A stretch of DNA of 64,000 bases from a virus. Lineage: Duplodnaviria; Caudoviricetes. The DNA is taken from IMG/VR virus record IMGVR_UViG_3300028833_000073, positions 64,001 to 128,000 of that record. One strand, written 5' to 3'. Under the pieces are notes generated by a model. The model searched no databases and had not been told where the DNA came from. It saw nothing but the letters and a program-made list of their open reading frames with translations. How positions within the stretch are numbered: the stretch's first letter is position 1; the number at the start of each line of letters is the position of its first letter. Made by a program: the position numbers and the translations under genes. Shown here piece by piece: positions 61,192-64,000 of this stretch.

Positions 61192-62167
61192 CGATTTCTT
61201 CACTCGCTTAGTTTATCACGAGCAGTTCTCTTATGAACTTCTCTAGGATTTCCCTAGAAGTCGAGACTATATCTTCACCATGAGAATTATATAATTCTTT
61301 TAGGTGCTCTGCATTTCGATTTAAGGGACTCTCACCCGCCTACTTAGGCCCTACTCCTGTTGCACTTGTTAAGGGTGCCAAAGGGATAGTCGTTGAATTT
61401 TCAGAATTTATAGTCTTTTGATATACTGGTCCAGTTTCTCCTTTCTTTTATTTTAGCAAATTGATTTTTACTAACTTCAAATCCTACCACTTCACTTATA
61501 TTACCTGAGGTAATACCAGGAACTGATTCAAGAGCTTCACATATTTTGTGAACTTGGTCATTAGATAATTTTGCTTGACTATTAAGTTCACCATTATGAT
61601 CTCCTTTTCCTGCTAACCCAGTTTTAACTGAATGGATTATGTTATTCTGTCTAGTTACCCATTCAAGATTAATATCTCGATTATTACTTTTATTTCCATC
61701 AATATGATTTATATCCATATTGATGTTTCTTGTTTCAGGAGAAAACTCCCATCCAACAAGACGATGTATTGCAAAGTGATGAGGATTATATTCAAAAGAA
61801 TTATCATCTAATCTTACATACCAATATCCATTACGGGATTGATATGATTGCATATATCTCTGTTTTACTGTATCATATACCAGACCATCATTACTTATTA
61901 AATATTTTCCTGTTGTTACATTAGGAAAAGTACATACTCTGAATTCTCTAATGTAAAACGGTGGATTGATCATATAAATTCCTCCAATGCTGATCACCCA
62001 TTTATCGGCGATGAAAAACTTACTATTATTTTTCATCACATCTCAAAACTTATTTCTGCTTACGCTCCTATATAATTTTTATATAGGCATTTGAGCTTTA
62101 GGGCTTTCCAGCTTTTAACAGAGTGTTTTTGCGCTAACTTTTTCAAGCTAGGTGGACGTTGATGTTC
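61192..62167 (-). mobile_element. Group I intron 2 (976 nt) containing an HNH homing endonuclease gene
   Basis: Exon ends in U (GAU) with P1 GGAU/GUCC; terminal G at 61192; P AAGCTGGAAAG, Q GATCAGCA, R TTCAACGACTA, S AAGATATAGTCT; removal restores NADFDGD. Confidence 0.9.
61401..61973 (-). CDS. Intron-encoded HNH homing endonuclease (NUMOD4-like, HNH, C-terminal HTH-like)
   Basis: YLISNDG...NGY; IHRLVG...INHIDGNKSNN...NLEWVT..NN..H; ATG 61973 after GGAGGA. Confidence 0.9.
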   Translation of the reverse strand: MINPPFYIREFRVCTFPNVTTGKYLISNDGLVYDTVKQRYMQSYQSRNGYWYVRLDDNSFEYNPHHFAIHRLVGWEFSPETRNINMDINHIDGNKSNNRDINLEWVTRQNNIIHSVKTGLAGKGDHNGELNSQAKLSNDQVHKICEALESVPGITSGNISEVVGFEVSKNQFAKIKERRNWTSISKDYKF

Positions 62168-62281
62168 ATCCGCATTTAATCCAGGCAAGATGAGCAAAGG
62201 AATTTCCATAGTGTAATTATTGGGCTCATCTCCACTTATTCCAACACAAAACATCTGTAAAATGGATCCATAATTAAGCGT
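62168..62281 (-). CDS. Non-virion RNAP beta' exon 2 (38 codons)
   Basis: TLNYGSILQM...IPLLILPGLNAD joins NRNP upstream and FDGD downstream in frame. Confidence 0.9.
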
Positions 62282-62553
62282 CATGTTTGTTCACGTAAGA
62301 TGGTTAAACTTACGCCGTCTTAATGTAAAGACTGCTATATGTCACCATATAGATCAGACTATATCACATACTCATATGAGTATCTTAGTATTTCGAGTCA
62401 CCAATTGACCCTACGTCTTTCGACTAGTCGTTGAACCTTCACATCCTTTCTAGGATTAGCTCGGCTGCTGATTGTCTTATCATATGATAAGAGTTTCCAG
62501 CAATTAACTAAGTTTTTCCATATAGAGTCACCTCTATAGGCCCCGCGCAGTTC
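62282..62553 (-). mobile_element. Group I intron 1 (272 nt, no ORF)
   Basis: Exon ends CCU with P1 CCCU/GGGG; terminal G at 62282; P AATTGCTGGAAAC, Q AATCAGCAG, R GTTCAACGACTA, S ATATAGTCT; removal restores NRNPTL. Confidence 0.9.
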
Positions 62554-64000
62554 AGGGTTACGATTAATTATGAATGGGATCCCGTTTTCGTTTGCTTTGA
62601 TAATGTAGTTAACGATCTTCCATACACGATCATCATAATCCGTATAGGCTTTATCAAAGACTGCTTTAGCAGTATGCATAGCCATACCATAAGTATTATG
62701 GAGGATATTGATAATCGCATGTTCAAGAAGCTTAACCAATGCCTTAAACGGCAACTTGATCTGATCAGTTCTAAGAGTCCAGTTAGGTACAATAACAGCT
62801 CTGCAACTGAAATTATACCGGCCACCATACAGTGACCTAATAATACCTTTCTTAGAACTCATGATCTTGATTACTTCATCATAAATCTCCATGAGATTAA
62901 ACTGAAGATCATAGAGTAATTGATTGCGGGTCTTCTTAGACCTGCGTCCTTTTATTGATTCTTTATGATTGATGATAGCTCCGAGCATAGCCATGATATT
63001 AAAGTACTTATTCGTATCCTGGAATGCAAACTTATCACCATTAAGATGATATGGACGCAAGAGAGTAGTAAACACAGGAATACTATGAGTGAATACTTTT
63101 TCTCTATCGTGCATGATATCATCATATACATCTTTCTTATTTGGATTCATCTTAAGATAATAGTCCATGATCTCATCGAAGTTCTCATAGAACCCCAACA
63201 TTCCATAATCATAGTACTTATCTAAATCTCCTCTTTCTACTTGGATAGAAAATCCATTCTCATCCTTTTCATCCTTTGGATCAAGAATACCTGTGAGTGC
63301 TGCCTTACCAATAAAGAACTCAATAGACTTATACAATCCTGGATGTATCACATAGTCATCATCCAGAATAATCCATCCAGTAATCTTGAAATCATCATTC
63401 TTCTTCACTACCTTCTTACCACAGATAGGACAGATAGTTCCTTCATTCTGTTGGTTCTTAGTAGCTCCACACGGACAAGTATATCTAGTTCCATAAGAAC
63501 TAGCATCATCAAATGTAGGACCAAACAAAGGAGAATAGATTGAGTTAGGTTCTTTGATATCCTTCTTAACTCCTTGAGGTTTCTCGATACGGATTCCTTT
63601 ACCTTTACCAAAGTCTTCCATCCGTTCTTCATCAAGATTGATTCTTTCAATCCATGTTCTATATTCATATTTATTACTGTGAGGATACGATGAGTCTTTA
63701 TCATCCACTGGAATGGGAGCTTTAGCTACTATTGCTTTTACTACTTCATATGGATTTGCAAGAGATTCTGCTAATCCAGTTCTAAGAAGATTATTAACTT
63801 CTTCTTTCCTTTTATTGAAGTTGCTTATTCCCCTCCATTTATCCTCAACTTTGAAATTCTTATAGTTGGATCCTTCAGTGGGAACAACCATAGAAAAGTG
63901 TCTTTCCTTTGGATAGTCCTTTAGCATTGATTCTCTTTGCTCTCCATGGAAATACTCTATTTTGCTTCCAACTGTAGGTACCACCTTAGAAAACTTCTTT
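62554..64000 (-). CDS. Non-virion RNAP beta' exon 1 (start lies outside the window)
   Basis: Zn finger CPCG...CPICG; IPVFTTLLRP; KKGIIR...GGRYNFSCRAVIVP; INRNP; frame open to the window edge. Confidence 0.9.

Noticed and set aside
62398-62553. C-terminus ELRGAYRGD...RRRVNW of the 528-aa ORF, and the separate ORFs 62060-62284 and 60940-61203
   Set aside because: Read-through into intron sequence; these are exons of one spliced gene.
1-64000. Stop-codon reassignment
   Set aside because: Multi-kilobase ORFs are intact under the standard code, and TAA, TAG and TGA all end credible genes.

Overview
AT-rich segment of a jumbo phage genome of the phiKZ/AR9(PBS1)-like type, which encodes its own multisubunit RNA polymerases. 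Standard genetic code; Firmicutes-style RBSs (AGAAAGGA/AGGAGG). Protein genes: a >3,770-aa tape-measure-like ORF running off the left edge (missing from the ORF track); an unsplit virion RNAP beta subunit with inserted GNAT domains; a virion RNAP beta' C-terminal subunit; a non-virion RNAP beta' gene whose NRNP|TL and NAD|FDGD motifs are interrupted by two group I introns (one carrying an HNH endonuclease); baseplate/tail genes, thymidylate kinase, RNase H, a deaminase, a kinase-like protein, a small polymerase-palm protein and a MazF/PemK-like protein. There is one tRNA-Arg(UCU). Two promoter classes are readable: early-type (TATATTAT core) and late-type (AAC[A/T]-N6-T[A/G]). The most notable unexplained signal is a dispersed family of promoter-to-terminator small-RNA units. 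Five share a hairpin with an invariant ACUUGUUUGC loop and covarying stems next to variable segments, some of which are anti-Shine-Dalgarno-like; three of these form a tandem array at 42.46-42.95 kb. A second signal is a short linear peptide motif, [KR]L[IV][DN]PP[FW], at the termini of several unrelated proteins. All calls were made by eye from motifs; no database searches or folding programs were run.
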